Shown: piece by piece, positions 29,836 through 43,805 of the stretch | Layout: each line of letters starts with the position of its first letter | How positions within the stretch are numbered: the stretch's first letter is position 1 | Source of the DNA: Escherichia coli | Lineage (GTDB): Bacteria; Pseudomonadota; Gammaproteobacteria; Enterobacterales; Enterobacteriaceae | Strand: one strand, 5' to 3' | DNA length: 64,000 nucleotides | NCBI RefSeq assembly: GCF_016026235.1 | Contig: NZ_CP065613.1 | Program-made: the position numbers and the translations under genes | Notes under the pieces: model-generated | Told to the model about the DNA's origin: nothing | What the model saw: only the letters and a program-made list of their open reading frames with translations | Database searches by the model: none

Positions 29836-29886
29836 GGCTTTCGTAGTAATACCCCGACTCTCCCCGTCCTTAAACACAACCCCCAC

Positions 29887-30666
29887 TCACCACAACCTAA
29901 ACTCATCCGCATCCTGCCATGCCGGAAACTTTTCTCTATATTCCCGCAATGCCATCATCGACAGCTCCGCATCAATGCGCGTTGCCTGATGCGCGTCGGC
30001 AGTAGCGATAATCTCGCCTTGTGGATTAATCACCCGGCTGTCACCGCGATAATGGCAGCCGTTGCCATCGCTGCCGACGCGATTGCATCCCGCCACATAC
30101 GCCTGATTCTCAATCGCGCGGGCCGTCAGCAATGCCTGCCAGTGCAGAGAGCGCGGAGCAGGCCAGTTGGCAACGTAGATGGCGAGGTCATAATCGTTGA
30201 GATTGCGCGACCACACCGGAAAACGTAAGTCGTAGCACACCAACGGCAAAATACGCCAGCCGCGCCATTCCACAATCACTCGCGCATTGCCCGCTTTATA
30301 ATGTAGATGCTCATCTGCCATGCGGAACAGATGACGCTTATCATAAAAATGTACCGTGCCGCCCGGCTCAACCAGCAAAAAGCGGTTAACCGAACCAGAC
30401 TCCGTTTGTAATGCAACACTGCCTGCAATCAGCGCATTGCACTGCTGCGCCTTAGCTGTCATCCAGTTCACTACGTCATCTTGTGCTAGCGACGAAGCTG
30501 CCGCTTCCATGGCAAAGCCGCTGGTAAACATCTCCGGTAGAACGATCACATCGCGCCCGGTAATACCTTCCAGTTGACGATCAAAATGACGCAGGTTGGC
30601 AGGGCCATCCATCCACACCAGTGGTTGCTGCAAAAGCGTAATCTTCAAACCAGGCACGGTGTACAA
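29887..30666 (-). CDS. yafV: YafV-like carbon-nitrogen hydrolase (omega-amidase)
   Basis: 259 aa nitrilase-superfamily protein; true start may be a GTG three codons downstream ([11 protein letters not shown]...). Confidence 0.85.
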   Translation of the reverse strand: MYTVPGLKITLLQQPLVWMDGPANLRHFDRQLEGITGRDVIVLPEMFTSGFAMEAAASSLAQDDVVNWMTAKAQQCNALIAGSVALQTESGSVNRFLLVEPGGTVHFYDKRHLFRMADEHLHYKAGNARVIVEWRGWRILPLVCYDLRFPVWSRNLNDYDLAIYVANWPAPRSLHWQALLTARAIENQAYVAGCNRVGSDGNGCHYRGDSRVINPQGEIIATADAHQATRIDAELSMMALREYREKFPAWQDADEFRLW

Positions 30667-30810
30667 CTCCTTTATGCGAAGGGTTTTATAACTTTAACAC
30701 CTTATCAGGCAGTTGCCTTAGCGCAGAATAAATTGATAACAAATGCTGATATTGGAAATATCTGATTTGCAAATTATCGTGTTATCGCCAGGCTTTAGAA
30801 GGTTAATAAC

Positions 30811-31284
30811 ATGGGCAGGATAAGCTCGGGAGGAATGATGTTTAAGGCAATAACGACAGTCGCCGCTCTGGTCATCGCCACCAGTGCAATGGCGCAGGAT
30901 GATTTAACCATTAGCAGCCTTGCAAAGGGCGAAACCACCAAAGCTGCATTTAATCAGATGGTACAAGGGCATAAGCTGCCTGCCTGGGTGATGAAAGGCG
31001 GTACTTATACTCCCGCACAAACCGTAACGTTGGGAGATGAGACGTATCAGGTGATGAGCGCGTGCAAACCGCATGACTGTGGCTCGCAACGTATCGCTGT
31101 GATGTGGTCCGAGAAATCTAATCAGATGACGGGGCTGTTCTCGACTATTGATGAGAAAACGTCGCAAGAGAAACTCACCTGGCTGAATGTGAACGATGCG
31201 CTTTCGATTGATGGTAAAACGGTGCTGTTCGCGGCGTTGACCGGCAGCCTGGAAAACCATCCGGATGGCTTTAATTTTAAATAA
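30811..31284 (+). CDS. ivy: Ivy, inhibitor of vertebrate lysozyme
   Basis: 157 aa periplasmic protein with signal peptide and CKPHDCG motif. Confidence 0.85.
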   Translation: MGRISSGGMMFKAITTVAALVIATSAMAQDDLTISSLAKGETTKAAFNQMVQGHKLPAWVMKGGTYTPAQTVTLGDETYQVMSACKPHDCGSQRIAVMWSEKSNQMTGLFSTIDEKTSQEKLTWLNVNDALSIDGKTVLFAALTGSLENHPDGFNFK

Positions 31285-31294
31285 TTGGCGGATA

Positions 31295-31325
31295 AAGAAA
31301 CGGAGCCTTTCGGCTCCGTTATTCA
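31295..31325. terminator. Bidirectional stem-loop terminator between ivy and fadE
   Basis: CGGAGCC-TTTC-GGCTCCG hairpin flanked by A-run upstream and T-run downstream, between convergent genes. Confidence 0.5.
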
Positions 31326-31326
31326 A

Positions 31327-33771
31327 TTACGCGGCTTCAACTTTCCGCACTTTCTCCGGCAACTTTACCGGCTTCGTCGCCAGCTCTTCCGGATCAAAGT
31401 CATCAACGTTAATACTGCGCAGACGGCTTTCTTCAGCTTTCACCAGAATAGCGGCTTCATCTTTATCAATCAGCCCCTTCGCCAGCGCGTTGTGCGCCAG
31501 TTCATCCAGACGGGTAAACGGCAGGTTTTTACCCAGCTCTTTACAGATCCGCTGATGAATTGGGTCGGCGGCAATCACATCCACCAGCGCCTCTTCCAGC
31601 AAGCCAACCGGATTATGCTCGCTCGGCGTCAGGTACTGACCGCGACCAATGCGGGAACGGGTGGCGTTCGGCACTTGTAAAATCTTCGCCACTTTATGAT
31701 TCAGCTTGTCAGAAGGTGCCAGATAATGACGTCCGGTCGGGAAGATCACCACATTCAGCAGCCCGGCAACCACGCGGTTCGGGAAGTTTTGCAGTAAATC
31801 ATCCATCGCCTGTTCAGCCTGATACAGCGCATCTTGTACGCCCCAGTGCACCAGCGGCAGGTCGGCTTCATTACGGCCTTCGTCGTCATAACGCTTCAGC
31901 ACGGCAGAGGCGAGGTAGAGCTGGCTTAAAATATCCCCCAGACGGGCCGAGATGCGCTCGCGACGTTTCAGGCTGCCGCCCAGCACCGCCATAGACACAT
32001 CAGAAAGCAGGGCGAGGTTGGCGCTCAGGCGGTTCAGGTGCTGATAGTAGCGTTTAGTGGCATCGCCGGTTGGCGTGCTGCTGGTTAAACCGCGCGTCAG
32101 GCCCAGCCAGAAGCTGCGAACTTTGTTGCTACCGACGTGACCGATATGTTTGAACAACAGTTTATCGAACGCGTTGACGTCATTGTTCTTCGCCGCTTCC
32201 ATCTCTTCCAGCACGTACGGATGGCAACGAATCGCTCCTTGTCCGAAGATCATCATGCTGCGGGTCAGAATGTTAGCCCCTTCAACGGTGATGGCAATCG
32301 GTGCGCCCTGGTAAGCACGCGCCAGGAAGTTGCTTTGCCCGAGCATAATGCCTTTGCCACCAGTGATATCCATCGCATCAATAATCGACTGCTGCCCGCG
32401 GTGGGTACAGTGATACTTAACGATAGCCGACAGCACGGCAGGTTTTTCGCCGAGCATAATGCCGTAGGTAATCAGCGATGCCGCAGCATCCATCACGTAG
32501 GCATTACCGGCAATACGCGCCAGCGGCTCTTCAATCCCTTCCATCTTACCGATAGAGATTTTGAACTGACGGCGAATGTGAGCATACGCGCCCGTTGCCA
32601 GCGCTACCGATTTCACGCCGCCGGTTGAGTTGGAAGGCAGGGTGATGCCGCGGCCTACCGAGAGGCACTCCACCAGCATCCGCCAGCCTTGCCCGGCCAT
32701 TTTCGGCCCACCGATGATGTAATCGATCGGTACGAAGACATCTTTACCGCGCGTCGGTCCGTTCTGGAACGGTACGTTCAGCGGGAAGTGGCGACGACCA
32801 ATTTCCACGCCCGGCGTGGTGGTCGGGATCAGCGCACAGGTAATACCTAAATCTTCTGCGCCACCCAGCAGCTTTTCCGGGTCGGAGAGTTTAAACGCCA
32901 GCCCAAGCACAGTCGCAATCGGTGCCAGCGTAATATAGCGTTTGTTCCAGGTCAGACGCATCCCCAGCACCTGCTGGCCCTGCCATTCGCCCATGCAGAC
33001 AATCCCGGTGTCCGGAATCGCGCCCGCATCGGAACCCGCTTCCGGGCTTGTCAGTGCAAAGCAAGGGATCTCCTGACCACGCGCCAGACGCGGCAGATAG
33101 TGATCTTTCTGCTCGTCAGTGCCGTAATGTTGCAGCAGCTCGCCCGGGCCTAATGAGTTCGGCACGCCGACGGTAATCGCCAGGATCCCGCTCACGCCGG
33201 AGAGTTTTTGCAGCACGCGAGACTGGGCATAAGCTGAGAACTCCAGTCCGCCGTACTCTTTTTTGATAATCATCGCGAAGAAGCGATGCTCTTTAAGGTA
33301 CGCCCACAACTCCGGCGGCAGATCCGCCAGCTCATGAGTAATCTGGAAATCATTCGCCATCCGGCAGGCTTCTTCTACCGGGCCGTCGAGAAACGCTTGC
33401 TCTTCGGCGGTCAGGCGCGGCTGCGGATAGTTATGCAGCTTTTTCCAGTCCGGCTTGCCCTGGAACAAGTCGCCCTCCCACCAGGTGGTGCCCGCATCAA
33501 TCGCTTCTTTCTCAGTGCGCGACATCGGCGGCATCACCTTACGGAAACCGCGAAATACCGGCGCGGAAATCATCGACTTACGCATAGGCGCAAAGTTAAA
33601 TGGCACGAGGATAATGGCCAGAGGCACCAGTACCCACGCCGACCACAGACCAGCAACGCCGAGGGCGGCTGTCCAGGCGAGCAAAATCAGACTGCTGATA
33701 AATAAGCTCACGCGGTGATAGAACAACGCGCCGAGCAGGACAACCGTAGCGAGAATACTCAAAATCATCAT
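31327..33771 (-). CDS. fadE: FadE acyl-CoA dehydrogenase
   Basis: Track ORF 31327..33849; start trimmed to the [13 protein letters not shown]... methionine (814 aa). Confidence 0.9.
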   Translation of the reverse strand: MMILSILATVVLLGALFYHRVSLFISSLILLAWTAALGVAGLWSAWVLVPLAIILVPFNFAPMRKSMISAPVFRGFRKVMPPMSRTEKEAIDAGTTWWEGDLFQGKPDWKKLHNYPQPRLTAEEQAFLDGPVEEACRMANDFQITHELADLPPELWAYLKEHRFFAMIIKKEYGGLEFSAYAQSRVLQKLSGVSGILAITVGVPNSLGPGELLQHYGTDEQKDHYLPRLARGQEIPCFALTSPEAGSDAGAIPDTGIVCMGEWQGQQVLGMRLTWNKRYITLAPIATVLGLAFKLSDPEKLLGGAEDLGITCALIPTTTPGVEIGRRHFPLNVPFQNGPTRGKDVFVPIDYIIGGPKMAGQGWRMLVECLSVGRGITLPSNSTGGVKSVALATGAYAHIRRQFKISIGKMEGIEEPLARIAGNAYVMDAAASLITYGIMLGEKPAVLSAIVKYHCTHRGQQSIIDAMDITGGKGIMLGQSNFLARAYQGAPIAITVEGANILTRSMMIFGQGAIRCHPYVLEEMEAAKNNDVNAFDKLLFKHIGHVGSNKVRSFWLGLTRGLTSSTPTGDATKRYYQHLNRLSANLALLSDVSMAVLGGSLKRRERISARLGDILSQLYLASAVLKRYDDEGRNEADLPLVHWGVQDALYQAEQAMDDLLQNFPNRVVAGLLNVVIFPTGRHYLAPSDKLNHKVAKILQVPNATRSRIGRGQYLTPSEHNPVGLLEEALVDVIAADPIHQRICKELGKNLPFTRLDELAHNALAKGLIDKDEAAILVKAEESRLRSINVDDFDPEELATKPVKLPEKVRKVEAA

Positions 33772-34010
33772 AACGAAAAGCCCCTTACTTGTAGGAGGTC
33801 TGACCACTTGTGATGATATGGTTGTAGTGGATGTAAAAACATTTAGCAATGTGTTTACAATATAATTACAACAAAGCTCACATTGTTGCTGTTTTTATCC
33901 GCACTTCAGGTCAAAAAGTCCTGGTCATAGCACCTGCCCGTACTTCTCGCTTTTGGCGGTATCCGGTACACTGCATTTTGTCTATTACATTTATGCTGAA
34001 GGATATCCTC

Positions 34011-34589
34011 ATGTACCAGGATCTTATTCGTAACGAACTGAACGAAGCGGCGGAAACGCTGGCTAACTTTTTAAAAGATGACGCCAATATTCACGCCATT
34101 CAGCGCGCGGCGGTCCTGTTAGCAGACAGCTTTAAAGCCGGTGGCAAAGTGCTTTCCTGCGGCAACGGCGGTTCCCATTGCGACGCTATGCACTTTGCCG
34201 AAGAGTTGACCGGTCGCTACCGTGAAAACCGTCCGGGCTACCCGGCGATTGCTATTTCTGACGTTAGTCATATTTCCTGCGTCGGTAATGATTTCGGTTT
34301 CAATGATATTTTCTCCCGCTACGTTGAAGCGGTAGGTCGCGAAGGCGATGTACTGCTGGGGATCTCCACCTCCGGTAACTCTGCAAACGTGATCAAAGCG
34401 ATCGCAGCGGCGCGTGAGAAGGGGATGAAAGTGATCACCCTGACCGGTAAAGACGGCGGTAAAATGGCTGGCACGGCGGATATCGAAATTCGCGTTCCGC
34501 ACTTTGGTTATGCCGACCGCATTCAGGAGATTCACATTAAAGTGATCCATATCCTGATCCAGTTAATTGAAAAAGAGATGGTTAAGTAA
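34011..34589 (+). CDS. gmhA: GmhA (LpcA) sedoheptulose-7-phosphate isomerase
   Basis: Track ORF 33849..34589; start trimmed to [15 protein letters not shown]... (192 aa), SIS domain. Confidence 0.9.
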
Positions 34590-34594
34590 GTCTG

Positions 34595-34740
<146 letters not shown>

Positions 34741-34794
34741 CTTAAATCAATCTTCGCCGGGGGCCATGCGCTCCCGCTGTTGTGGAGGTTACCC

Positions 34795-35562
34795 ATGTGC
34801 GAATTGCTCGGGATGAGCGCCAACGTCCCTACCGATATCTGCTTTAGTTTCACCGGTCTGGTGCAGCGTGGTGGTGGAACCGGGCCACATAAAGATGGCT
34901 GGGGCATTACCTTTTACGAAGGTAAAGGCTGTCGCACATTTAAAGATCCACAACCCAGCTTTAATTCCCCCATCGCCAAACTTGTCCAGGACTACCCGAT
35001 AAAATCCTGTTCGGTGGTGGCTCATATTCGCCAGGCCAATCGGGGCGAGGTGGCGCTGGAAAATACTCACCCGTTTACCCGTGAGTTATGGGGGCGTAAC
35101 TGGACTTATGCCCATAACGGACAACTGACGGGCTACAAATCACTGGAAACCGGCAACTTCCGCCCGGTCGGTGAAACCGATAGCGAAAAAGCCTTCTGCT
35201 GGCTCCTGCATAAATTAACGCAGCGTTACCCGCGCACACCGGGCAACATGGCGGCAGTGTTTAAATATATCGCCTCACTGGCGGATGAACTGCGGCAGAA
35301 GGGCGTTTTCAACATGCTGCTTTCTGACGGGCGCTATGTGATGGCGTATTGCTCGACTAATTTACACTGGATCACCCGCCGCGCGCCGTTTGGCGTGGCA
35401 ACGCTGCTGGATCAGGATGTGGAAATCGACTTCAGCTCGCAGACCACACCGAATGATGTGGTCACGGTGATTGCAACACAGCCGCTGACGGGCAATGAAA
35501 CCTGGCAAAAGATTATGCCAGGCGAATGGCGCTTATTTTGCCTCGGGGAGCGTGTAGTTTGA
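34795..35562 (+). CDS. yafJ: YafJ class-II glutamine amidotransferase
   Basis: Starts [10 protein letters not shown] (N-terminal Cys nucleophile after Met); 255 aa. Confidence 0.85.
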   Translation: MCELLGMSANVPTDICFSFTGLVQRGGGTGPHKDGWGITFYEGKGCRTFKDPQPSFNSPIAKLVQDYPIKSCSVVAHIRQANRGEVALENTHPFTRELWGRNWTYAHNGQLTGYKSLETGNFRPVGETDSEKAFCWLLHKLTQRYPRTPGNMAAVFKYIASLADELRQKGVFNMLLSDGRYVMAYCSTNLHWITRRAPFGVATLLDQDVEIDFSSQTTPNDVVTVIATQPLTGNETWQKIMPGEWRLFCLGERVV

Positions 35563-36273
35563 TGCCAGTTGTGGCTGCACAACTTCGTGGCTTAACGGCT
35601 TGCTGACCACGTAACGACCATTGACCACAGAAACGGTCGGTGGCTTACGGGTTTGCTCAAAGTAGTCGTAACCCAGCTTCAGTTGCTCCCAGAAGTCCTT
35701 AAAGTTGGAATATTTATGGCGCTTCATATTGGCGTCGGTCATGCGGAACGGGTAAATACTCACTTGCACGCTCGGCTGACCAAACACCAGCGCACCAGTA
35801 ACGAACTGGAAGATCTCATCAATACCCTGATTGGTCATTGCGTAGCAGCCGATGGAAACACAATCGCCGTGGATCATCAGGTATTTCCCTTCATAACCAT
35901 GCGCACGGTCATAGGCATTGGGGAAACCAATATTAATCGCTTTGTAGTAACGGCTGTCTGGTTTTAACTGATTACGCTGGACGCTATAAAACCCTTCCGG
36001 GCTTTTGAAATCGCCCTGACGCTGTTTTGGCCCTAAGCCGCCGGAATATTTACAGATTTTATAACTGTCGAGCAGCTGATATTGCTCGCCCATTTTGACG
36101 TAGAGATCGAGCGTACGTTCTTCCTTGAAGATCTGGATGTAGACAGGGGATCCCATCAACTGCTGCTTATACTCTTTGCTCACTGGCGTGGTCGAGCTAC
36201 TGCTGCCCAGCAAACCGGCAAACGAAACGCACGGGATCAACAACATCGCAAGAATTAATGCGATTTTACGCAT
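35533..36273 (-). CDS. yafK: YafK L,D-transpeptidase-fold protein
   Basis: 246 aa with signal peptide and YkuD-like catalytic region ([14 protein letters not shown]). Confidence 0.85.
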   Translation of the reverse strand: MRKIALILAMLLIPCVSFAGLLGSSSSTTPVSKEYKQQLMGSPVYIQIFKEERTLDLYVKMGEQYQLLDSYKICKYSGGLGPKQRQGDFKSPEGFYSVQRNQLKPDSRYYKAINIGFPNAYDRAHGYEGKYLMIHGDCVSIGCYAMTNQGIDEIFQFVTGALVFGQPSVQVSIYPFRMTDANMKRHKYSNFKDFWEQLKLGYDYFEQTRKPPTVSVVNGRYVVSKPLSHEVVQPQLASNYTLPEAK

Positions 36274-36428
36274 ACTGCTTATTCCTTGATAAAACGGTTA
36301 CACACGCCAGGACGGCAAAATAGATCCCAAATCGGAATAGTCTGGATTTGGAAGGCTCACATTATCACCAAAAGAGTTTTACGCAAGCCTGTCGGCGCAG
36401 GGTTTACAAATTTCATCGGCAGCGTGCT

Positions 36429-36707
36429 TTACCCAAAGAGCGCCGCGTGAGTTCCAGTTCTCTCAAATCGTAAAAGTTTATCGGTAAGTTTGTAAATCAG
36501 GATCCAGTCCGGTTCGACATGAGCATCGCGATAACCTTTCCATGAACCTTGCAGCGGGTGGTCTTTATAAACAGCTGGAAGCGGTAAAGCATTATTGATA
36601 AGAAGCGTCATAAGATATTTCAATTTATTCATATACTTATGACGCTTTTGTGCAAGTTTTACATCCTTTGAAAATTGTCCCGAGTATTCAATATCCCTTT
36701 GAATCAT
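36429..36707 (-). CDS. yafQ: YafQ toxin (RelE-family mRNA interferase)
   Basis: 92 aa, directly downstream of dinJ with 2-nt gap. Confidence 0.85.
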   Translation of the reverse strand: MIQRDIEYSGQFSKDVKLAQKRHKYMNKLKYLMTLLINNALPLPAVYKDHPLQGSWKGYRDAHVEPDWILIYKLTDKLLRFERTGTHAALFG

Positions 36708-36709
36708 AT

Positions 36710-36970
36710 TTAAATTCCTAATTTATCAAATAAATCATCGGCGTCTTTGGCCTTATGAACATCAACGCCAGCTTCGCTGTTTTTGATTGATTGAATGGTT
36801 AATTGATTAGGCTCGCGTAAATCAAACGGCAATGCCTTTTCACGCGCGACCTTTGTGAGGGTTATGCGAACCAGGTCAGAGATGGTCAGCCCCATCCCGG
36901 CCAGTACGTCCGCCGCCTGATTCTTCAGATCTTCATCGATTCGGGCACGAACAAACGCGTTAGCAGCCAT
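36710..36970 (-). CDS. dinJ: DinJ antitoxin
   Basis: 86 aa RHH antitoxin upstream of yafQ. Confidence 0.85.
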   Translation of the reverse strand: MAANAFVRARIDEDLKNQAADVLAGMGLTISDLVRITLTKVAREKALPFDLREPNQLTIQSIKNSEAGVDVHKAKDADDLFDKLGI

Positions 36971-36985
36971 TGGGGTATCTCCTGT

Positions 36986-37005
36986 GCTGTATATTTATTC
37001 AGCTT
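36986..37005 (-). promoter_or_regulatory. LexA box (SOS operator) upstream of dinJ
   Basis: Minus-strand sequence AGCTGAATAAATATACAGCA: CTG-N10-CAG palindromic half-sites 16-35 nt upstream of dinJ start. Confidence 0.55.
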
Positions 37006-37179
37006 GAATTGTAGCTCAAATGAGCAACAGCGGCAATTCATGAGCAATTCAATAAACTGATGTATTTACATAATTCACTGAAATATATATGTTAATTTTA
37101 TAATAATGGTTTATTAAGTTTGTTCAGAAACGATCTGGGATACACTGCAACATTAAAGCATGACCAGCCATTATTGAGT

Positions 37180-37929
37180 ATGTCCTTGCCGTCGATTCCA
37201 TCCTTTGTATTGTCGGGATTACTGTTGATTTGTTTGCCGTTTTCTTCATTTGCCAGCGCCACCACATCACATATCTCTTTCAGCTACGCCGCCCGCCAGC
37301 GGATGCAAAACCGTGCGCGTTTATTAAAACAGTACCAAACCCATCTGAAAAAGCAGGCCAGCTATATTGTGGAAGGCAATGCCGAAAGCAGAAGGGCGCT
37401 GCGCCAGCACAACCGCGAACAGATAAAACAGCATCCAGAATGGTTTCCTGCGCCGCTCAAGGCGAGTGACAGACGCTGGCAGGCGCTGGCGGAAAACAAC
37501 CACTTTTTAAGCAGCGATCACCTGCATAACATCACCGAAGTGGCGATTCACCGCCTGGAGCAGCAGCTTGGCAAGCCTTACGTCTGGGGCGGCACGCGGC
37601 CTGATAAAGGCTTCGACTGTAGCGGGTTGGTTTTTTATGCCTACAACAAGATCCTCGAGGCGAAGCTCCCGCGCACGGCCAATGAGATGTATCACTACCG
37701 CCGGGCAACGATTGTGGCGAATAACGACCTGCGCCGGGGAGATTTGCTGTTTTTCCATATTCACAGTCGTGAGATTGCCGACCATATGGGGGTGTATCTG
37801 GGCGACGGTCAGTTTATTGAGTCACCGCGCACCGGGGAAACCATTCGGGTAAGTCGGTTAGCTGAACCTTTCTGGCAGGATCACTTTTTAGGCGCGCGGC
37901 GGATTTTGACGGAGGAGACGATTTTGTAG
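37180..37929 (+). CDS. yafL: YafL NlpC/P60-family peptidase lipoprotein
   Basis: Track ORF 37120..37929; start trimmed to MSLPSIPSF...; NlpC/P60 motifs DCSGLVFYAY and HMGVYLGDGQFIES. Confidence 0.8.
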   Translation: MSLPSIPSFVLSGLLLICLPFSSFASATTSHISFSYAARQRMQNRARLLKQYQTHLKKQASYIVEGNAESRRALRQHNREQIKQHPEWFPAPLKASDRRWQALAENNHFLSSDHLHNITEVAIHRLEQQLGKPYVWGGTRPDKGFDCSGLVFYAYNKILEAKLPRTANEMYHYRRATIVANNDLRRGDLLFFHIHSREIADHMGVYLGDGQFIESPRTGETIRVSRLAEPFWQDHFLGARRILTEETIL

Positions 37930-38010
37930 GACGGATAAGGCGTTTACGCCGCATCCGGCAGTTGTGCACGGATGCCTGATGCGACGCTGACGCGTCTTAT
38001 CATGCCTACA
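37930..38010. repeat. REP elements
   Basis: GTAGGACGGATAAGGCGTTTACGCCGCATCCGGCA... palindromes after yafL. Confidence 0.65.
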
Positions 38011-38104
38011 AATTTGTGCGTTTTTGCGAGCCGCTTTCCCGTTATTCCATCACCTCATTGCCGACCTTTCCTTTTCTTCTTACCGTTGAGAAAAAGGAGT
38101 CGCC

Positions 38105-38602
38105 ATGTCTGAATATCGTCGGTATTACATCAAAGGGGGAACCTGGTTTTTCACGGTTAACCTACGAAATCGTCGAAGCCACCTTCTGACCGCTCAGTTC
38201 CAGATGCTCCGTAACGCCATTATTAACGTTAAGCGAGACAGACCTTTTGAAATTAACGCCTGGGTCGTTTTGCCGGAGCATATGCATTGCATATGGACAT
38301 TACCCGAAAGCGATGATGATTTTTCCTCGCGCTGGCGGGAGATTAAAAAGCAGTTCACCCATGCTTGCGGATTGAATAATATCTGGCAACCGCGTTTTTG
38401 GGAGCATGCCATTCGCAATACCACAGATTACCGACATCATGTTGATTATATTTATATAAATCCAGTGAAACATGGCTGGGTAAAGCAGGTGAGAGATTGG
38501 CCATTCTCAACGTTCCATCGCGATGTGGCGCGAGGGTTATATCCCATTGATTGGGCGGGAGACATAACGGATTTAAATGCTGGCGAGCGTATTATTTTAT
38601 AA
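38105..38602 (+). CDS. rayT: RayT (TnpA-REP) REP-associated tyrosine transposase
   Basis: 165 aa with HxH-type motif (LPEHMHCIW) and Y1 transposase-like C-terminus; flanked on both sides by REP clusters. Confidence 0.8.
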   Translation: MSEYRRYYIKGGTWFFTVNLRNRRSHLLTAQFQMLRNAIINVKRDRPFEINAWVVLPEHMHCIWTLPESDDDFSSRWREIKKQFTHACGLNNIWQPRFWEHAIRNTTDYRHHVDYIYINPVKHGWVKQVRDWPFSTFHRDVARGLYPIDWAGDITDLNAGERIIL

Positions 38603-38604
38603 TT

Positions 38605-38785
<181 letters not shown>

Positions 38786-38787
38786 AC

Positions 38788-40864
<2,077 letters not shown>

Positions 40865-40881
<17 letters not shown>

Positions 40882-42004
40882 CCAGTTTAAGCACCTCTTT
40901 GGGAATGGAAATATGTCTGTTCAGGGCCGGGCGCGGCTGTGCGCCCTCGCGCCAGTGTTTCATTTGCAGGACGTAGGTCAGAACGTGGGCGATGGCCCGG
41001 TAAAGCTGAAACGGAATTTGCTGGTTCACCTGGGTGGTGTAGTAAACCGAGCGCGCCAGCCGCGGGAACTCGACCACTTCCACCTGATTCTCAGCGGCGA
41101 CCTGGCGAATATAGAGGGCGATTTCATCGGTGCCCTTCGCCACCACAAACGGCGCGGCGGCGCGCGACTGGTCATACTGCAACGCCACGGCGTAGTGGGT
41201 CGGGTTGGTGATCACCACGTTGGCTTTCGGCACCACTTTGCGAATTTGCCCCATCGCCAGTTGCCGTTGCAGCCGCCGCACGCGCGCCTTCACTTCCGGC
41301 TTGCCTTCCTGATTTTTGTACTCTTCTTTCAGCTCCTGTTTGGTCATCTTCAGCCCTTTGGTGAACAGGGCTTTCGCCAGCGGCACGTCGAGAAGCGCAA
41401 AGAAGATAAACAGGATGACAAAGTTGCGCATCACGCTGGCGTAGAGCGACAAACCCTCATTCATCGCCAGTTTGAAGGGGAGCGCCTGCAGGCCGAGAAA
41501 GGAGGCAAAGTTATTGCGCAGGCTTACCCACAGCATCACCAGCACCACCACCGACTTCACCGTCATCTTTCCCGTTTCCGCCAGATGCTCACTGGAAAAC
41601 AGCCGCCCAATGCCTTTTAACGGACTGATTTTGCTGAAGTCCGGGAGGATTTTTTTCGGTAAAAACAGCCAGCCGCCGGGCACCAGCGAAGAGAGCAGCG
41701 CGGCGGCGGGCATCGGCAGCAAGGTGAGAATAAACTTGCCGAGAATTAACAGGTGATGGCGCAGAAACTGGCCGATCACTTGCGGGTTATTAATCTCCTG
41801 CGCGTACTGATGCACGCTGATAAAACTCTCGCGTACAAAATCGGCATACCACGGGAAGCTGCTGGAGATCACCACAAACGCCGCAAACAGGCTCGCCGCC
41901 AGCCCCATATCCTTCGAGCGCGGCAGTTGCCCCTCTTCACGCGCTTTACGCAGCTTTTGCGCCGAGGGTTTCTCTGTTTTTTCTTCGCTGCTGCTATCCG
42001 CCAT
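40865..42004 (-). CDS. lfhB: Lateral flagellar export protein FlhB homolog
   Basis: 379 aa; N-terminus MADSSSEEKTEKPSAQKLRKAREEGQLPRSKD and NPTH autocleavage motif (VVITNPTHYAVAL). Confidence 0.85.
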
Positions 42005-42776
42005 AGTGACCTTTCAGCGCGTCGAGCTGCTGCAACACAAAATTCGCCAGATGCAGGTAGTGATCCGGCAGGTTGTAGAGCAAGGTGGCGAAGCAAACCA
42101 GCCCCGCCAGCATGTTGATGGGAAAGCCCAGTGAAAAGAGATTCAGCGGCGGCGCAATGCGGTTGAGCAGGCCAAAGCAGCCCTGCACAATCAGCATGAT
42201 AAAGGTGGTCGGCAGCGCCAGCAGCGATGCGGACGCCAGCACCCAGCTAAAGGCCAGCGCGATGGTGCGCAGGGTTTGTGGATGCAGCGCGTTGCCAATC
42301 GGCCAGTAGGTGAAACCTTTGTACAACACGCTTACCAGCAGCAGATGTCCGTCCATGGCAAAAAACAGCAGGATCGCGTAAACGTTAATAAGCTCCGCCA
42401 GCACGGTGGTCGATGCGCCGCTGCTTGGGTCGTTCATCACCGCCATGCTCATCCCCATATTGAACGAGAGAATTTGCCCGGCGAGTTGTAGCGCCAGAAA
42501 CAGAAACTGGAACATCAGCCCGAATAACATGCCCCATAAAATTTGCTCCACCGTCAGGATCAGACTGTTGAGCGATAACAGATCGTGGGGAATGGGATGG
42601 GGGATCAACGGCGTGATGATGATTGCCAGCGCCAGCGACAGAATAATCCGCACGCGCACGGTCAGGGCGCTGTTATCCAGCACCGGCACATAGCGCAGAA
42701 ACGCCATAATGCGCACGAAGGGAAACCACAGCCCCAGCGCCAGATCCGTCAGTTGCGTAACGTCGCTTGTGCGCAT
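41994..42776 (-). CDS. lfiR: Lateral flagellar export protein FliR homolog
   Basis: Track ORF 41994..42827; start trimmed to ATG 42776 adjacent to lfiQ stop; polytopic membrane protein. Confidence 0.75.
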   Translation of the reverse strand: MRTSDVTQLTDLALGLWFPFVRIMAFLRYVPVLDNSALTVRVRIILSLALAIIITPLIPHPIPHDLLSLNSLILTVEQILWGMLFGLMFQFLFLALQLAGQILSFNMGMSMAVMNDPSSGASTTVLAELINVYAILLFFAMDGHLLLVSVLYKGFTYWPIGNALHPQTLRTIALAFSWVLASASLLALPTTFIMLIVQGCFGLLNRIAPPLNLFSLGFPINMLAGLVCFATLLYNLPDHYLHLANFVLQQLDALKGHYGG

Positions 42777-42777
42777 C

Positions 42778-43050
42778 TTAATGAACCAGCAGAGCGGCTT
42801 GGGTAAACAGATGAATGCACAGATCATGCAACTGGATAATCATCCATTTGCCGCACACGCCCAGCACCACCAGCGTGACAATCAGCCTCGGCAAAAAGCT
42901 CAGGGTCTGTTCGTTAATCTGCGTCACCGCCTGGAACACGCTCACCAGCAGGCCAACCAGCAGGCTTGGCACCACCAGTACCGAAACCAGCAAAATCACT
43001 ACTTTTATGCCGCTGGCGACAATGTCGGCGGCAACGTCTACGGTCAACAT
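42778..43050 (-). CDS. lfiQ: Lateral flagellar export protein FliQ homolog
   Basis: 90 aa, two TM helices, FliQ-like. Confidence 0.8.
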   Translation of the reverse strand: MLTVDVAADIVASGIKVVILLVSVLVVPSLLVGLLVSVFQAVTQINEQTLSFLPRLIVTLVVLGVCGKWMIIQLHDLCIHLFTQAALLVH

Positions 43051-43052
43051 AA

Positions 43053-43805
43053 TCAGCCCAGCCCCAGCCCGCGAATGCTGGTGGTGAGCGTGCCGATGGT
43101 CAGCGACCAGCCGTCGATCAGCACAAACAGCATCAGCTTAAAGGGCAGCGAAACAATCAGCGGCGACAGCATCATCATCCCCATCGCCATCAATACGCTT
43201 GCGACAATCAGGTCGATAACCAGAAACGGGATGTAAATCATAAAGCCAATCTGGAAGGCCGTTTTCAGCTCGCTCAACACATAGGCAGGCACCACAATCG
43301 TGAGATCCTGGTCGGCGGCATTGCCCTTCGCGCCTCCGATGGTCATGATTTGCGCCATCGCTTTTTTGTCTGTCTGCGCCAGCATAAAGCGTTTGAGTGG
43401 CGTCGCGGCGGTGCTTAACGCATCGGTCAGGGTAATCTGATCGTTTTCGAACGGTACCACCGCGTGGTCGTAAATATTGAGCCAGATAGGGCGCATCACC
43501 AGCATGGTGAGGGAGAGCGCAATGCCAATCAGAATGCGATTCGGCGGCGTTTGTTGCAGCCCCAGCGCCTGGCGCAGCAGCGACAGCACGATAATAAAGC
43601 GCGTAAAGCAGGTCATCATCAGCACCATCGTCGGCAGCAAACCGACGAGGGTCATCAGAATCAGTACCTGAATTTTGACGCTGTACTCCTGGGTGTTGCC
43701 GTGGGTGACCACGTTAAGTAGCGCAATATCGCCGCCCTGGGCCAACGCCAGCGGGGCGAGCGCCAGCAGCCCAAGGCCCAGCGTCAGTTGAGTGCGGCGT
43801 TTCAT
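43053..43805 (-). CDS. lfiP: Lateral flagellar export protein FliP homolog
   Basis: 250 aa with signal peptide and FliP-conserved membrane blocks. Confidence 0.85.
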   Translation of the reverse strand: MKRRTQLTLGLGLLALAPLALAQGGDIALLNVVTHGNTQEYSVKIQVLILMTLVGLLPTMVLMMTCFTRFIIVLSLLRQALGLQQTPPNRILIGIALSLTMLVMRPIWLNIYDHAVVPFENDQITLTDALSTAATPLKRFMLAQTDKKAMAQIMTIGGAKGNAADQDLTIVVPAYVLSELKTAFQIGFMIYIPFLVIDLIVASVLMAMGMMMLSPLIVSLPFKLMLFVLIDGWSLTIGTLTTSIRGLGLG

